Of a stretch of DNA of 64,000 bases, positions 1-64,000 are shown in pieces. The stretch spans positions 52,950,001 to 53,014,000 of the forward strand of contig CM059432.1 of NCBI GenBank assembly GCA_030390025.1. Direction: 5' to 3'. Position numbers and translations under genes: made by a program. The stretch is from Squalus acanthias (lineage: Eukaryota). Position 1 is the first letter of the stretch. Each line of letters begins with the position of its first letter. A model generated the notes under the pieces. The model had not been told where the DNA came from and made no database searches. It was given only the letters and a program-made list of their open reading frames with translations.

Positions 1-580
1 AAAAGCGTGGAATTATGATGAACCTGTATAAAACACTGGTTCGGCCTCAAATGGAGTATTGTGTCCAATTCTGGGCACCGTACTTCAGGAAGGATGTGAA
101 GGCCTTGGAGAGGGTGCAGAAAAGATTTACGAGAATGATTCCAGGGATGAGGGACTTCAGTTATGTGGATAGACTGGAGAAGCTGGGGTTGTTCTCCTTA
201 GAGCAGAGAAGATCAAGAGGAGGTTTGATAGAGGTGTTCAAAATCATGAGGAGTCTTAATAGAGTAGATAGAGAGAAACTGTTCCCATTGGCAGAGGGGT
301 CAAGAACCAGAGGACACAGATTGAAGGTGATTGGCAAAAGAACCAAAGGCGACATAAGAAAAAATGCAGTGAGTTGTTAGGATCTAGAATGCACTGCCCG
401 AAAGGGTGGTGGAGGCAGACTCAATCACGGCTTTCAAAAGGGAGTTGGATAAGTACCTGAATGAAAAAAAATTGCAGGGCTGCGGGGGAGTGGGACTAGC
501 TGAGGTGCCCTTGCAGAGAGTTGGCACGGACTCGACAGACCGAATGGCCTTCTTCCGTGCTGTAACCATTGTATGATTAC
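1..580 (+). mobile_element. CR1 LINE 3' portion (ORF2 C-terminus and 3' tail)
   Basis: LYKTLVRPQMEYCVQFWAP...LEKLGLFSLEQRR...RTRGH followed by a CR1-type 3' tail. Confidence 0.9.
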
Positions 581-710
581 TATCTTTGAGGTTCTGTTTA
601 TCCAACTGTTTCCTAGCTCCCTAAAATCTGCCTGCAAGACCTCATCCCTCTTTCTACCTATGTCATCGGTACTGATATGGACCACGACCTCTGGCTGTTC
701 ACCATTTCCC
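581..710 (-). mobile_element. CR1 ORF1 (esterase) fragment
   Basis: GEQPEVVVHISTDDIGRKRDEVLQADFRELG; homologous to ~16815-16950. Confidence 0.75.
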
Positions 711-1579
711 CCACCCACCAAACAAGCAACAGGCCATCATTATTCTAGCAACTTTTCTCCTCCATTTTGACTCTTTGAATCCAATAGTGTCTTTCTGCAA
801 ATTGTACTGCAGAGAAGAATCAGAATCAGCATCCTAGAATAGAAGTACTATTCTTTTTAAATCACTTGATGGGGCACAGCAATTCCAAGTACAAACTACG
901 CAATTTCAATTATTTGTAAATTAGTCCTTCAGAATTTGGTTCAACTTTTCTTGAATGAGCAGAGATAGTTAAGACAGAATAAATATACCAACTTCAACAA
1001 ATTCCACCTTACCCACGCTAATCGCAAGCTGTGTTTATATTCCATGGTGTTAATTTTGGGCATATGCTAATGACAACTCAGTTTACTACATGTGCAAGAT
1101 ATCAAATTCCACTTCTACAAACTGAATTTTTTTTCATAACTACTGTACATTTCAAAACCTAATGTAACCACTACATTTTGCAGCATGTTCAAATACTTTT
1201 TTTTATATTTTACTCCATTCAGCCATCTATGTCAAAATACTGCACAAAATTTTGCAATTTGTTACAACAGAAACACCTTGGATGTAGCAACAGGAATATA
1301 AATTTGAAAACTACTGTGCTGTCCTAAATATCATACAAGGAAAACAAAATTCAAGTTATCATCATGAAGTTAGTGATGTAAAAAAAATCCAGAAATCTAA
1401 AAACGCATTAATGCTTACTATAAAGAGAACCGTACAACGAATATGCAATTCCATGATAGACAGTTGCATTATGAAAATAATGGAGTAGAAGATGGCGAAA
1501 GAGGATGAAGAACAGAGATAATGGCAACTGAAAAAAAAAATCAAGAACAGTTGTCCAACTGTTAAAGATATATATTTAC

Positions 1580-63904
<62,325 letters not shown>

Positions 63905-64000
63905 CTGAAGAAAAACAAAAGCAGTGTTAAGCACACGAAAAGTCAGTTTTGCTTGACCAGAGTCCTCTTCACTTCAAATGAAATACATCTTCCACACACC

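Overview
Vertebrate genomic DNA, most likely from a cartilaginous fish (inferred from the repeat families). The window lies inside SMCHD1 on the minus strand. I traced 22 consecutive GT-AG coding exons (equivalent to human exons 2-23; 2733 nt, 911 codons, all phases compatible) encoding the GHKL ATPase, transducer and start of the linker. Exon 1 and the hinge exons are outside the window. The introns are packed with transposons: CR1 LINEs (one full-length with a nested antisense CR1), L2, a CR1/L2-group LINE with its partner SINE, a full-length RTE with a 55-bp TSD, a Deu-type SINE, Penelope remnants with hammerhead motifs, hAT and Harbinger-like non-autonomous elements, and a young Ty3/Gypsy element. 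Two observations stand out. (1) A ~380-bp copy of the start of SMCHD1 intron 4, running from the GT donor to a resident CR1 3' tail, is inserted 51 kb away in intron 20; it looks like CR1-mediated retrocopying of an excised intron. (2) The Gypsy element has no tRNA PBS but an 11-nt PBS complementary to its own LTR (Tf1-like self-priming) and a YLDN RT motif. Boundaries of old repeats are approximate; human SMCHD1 comparisons and repeat family names are from memory, not from a search.
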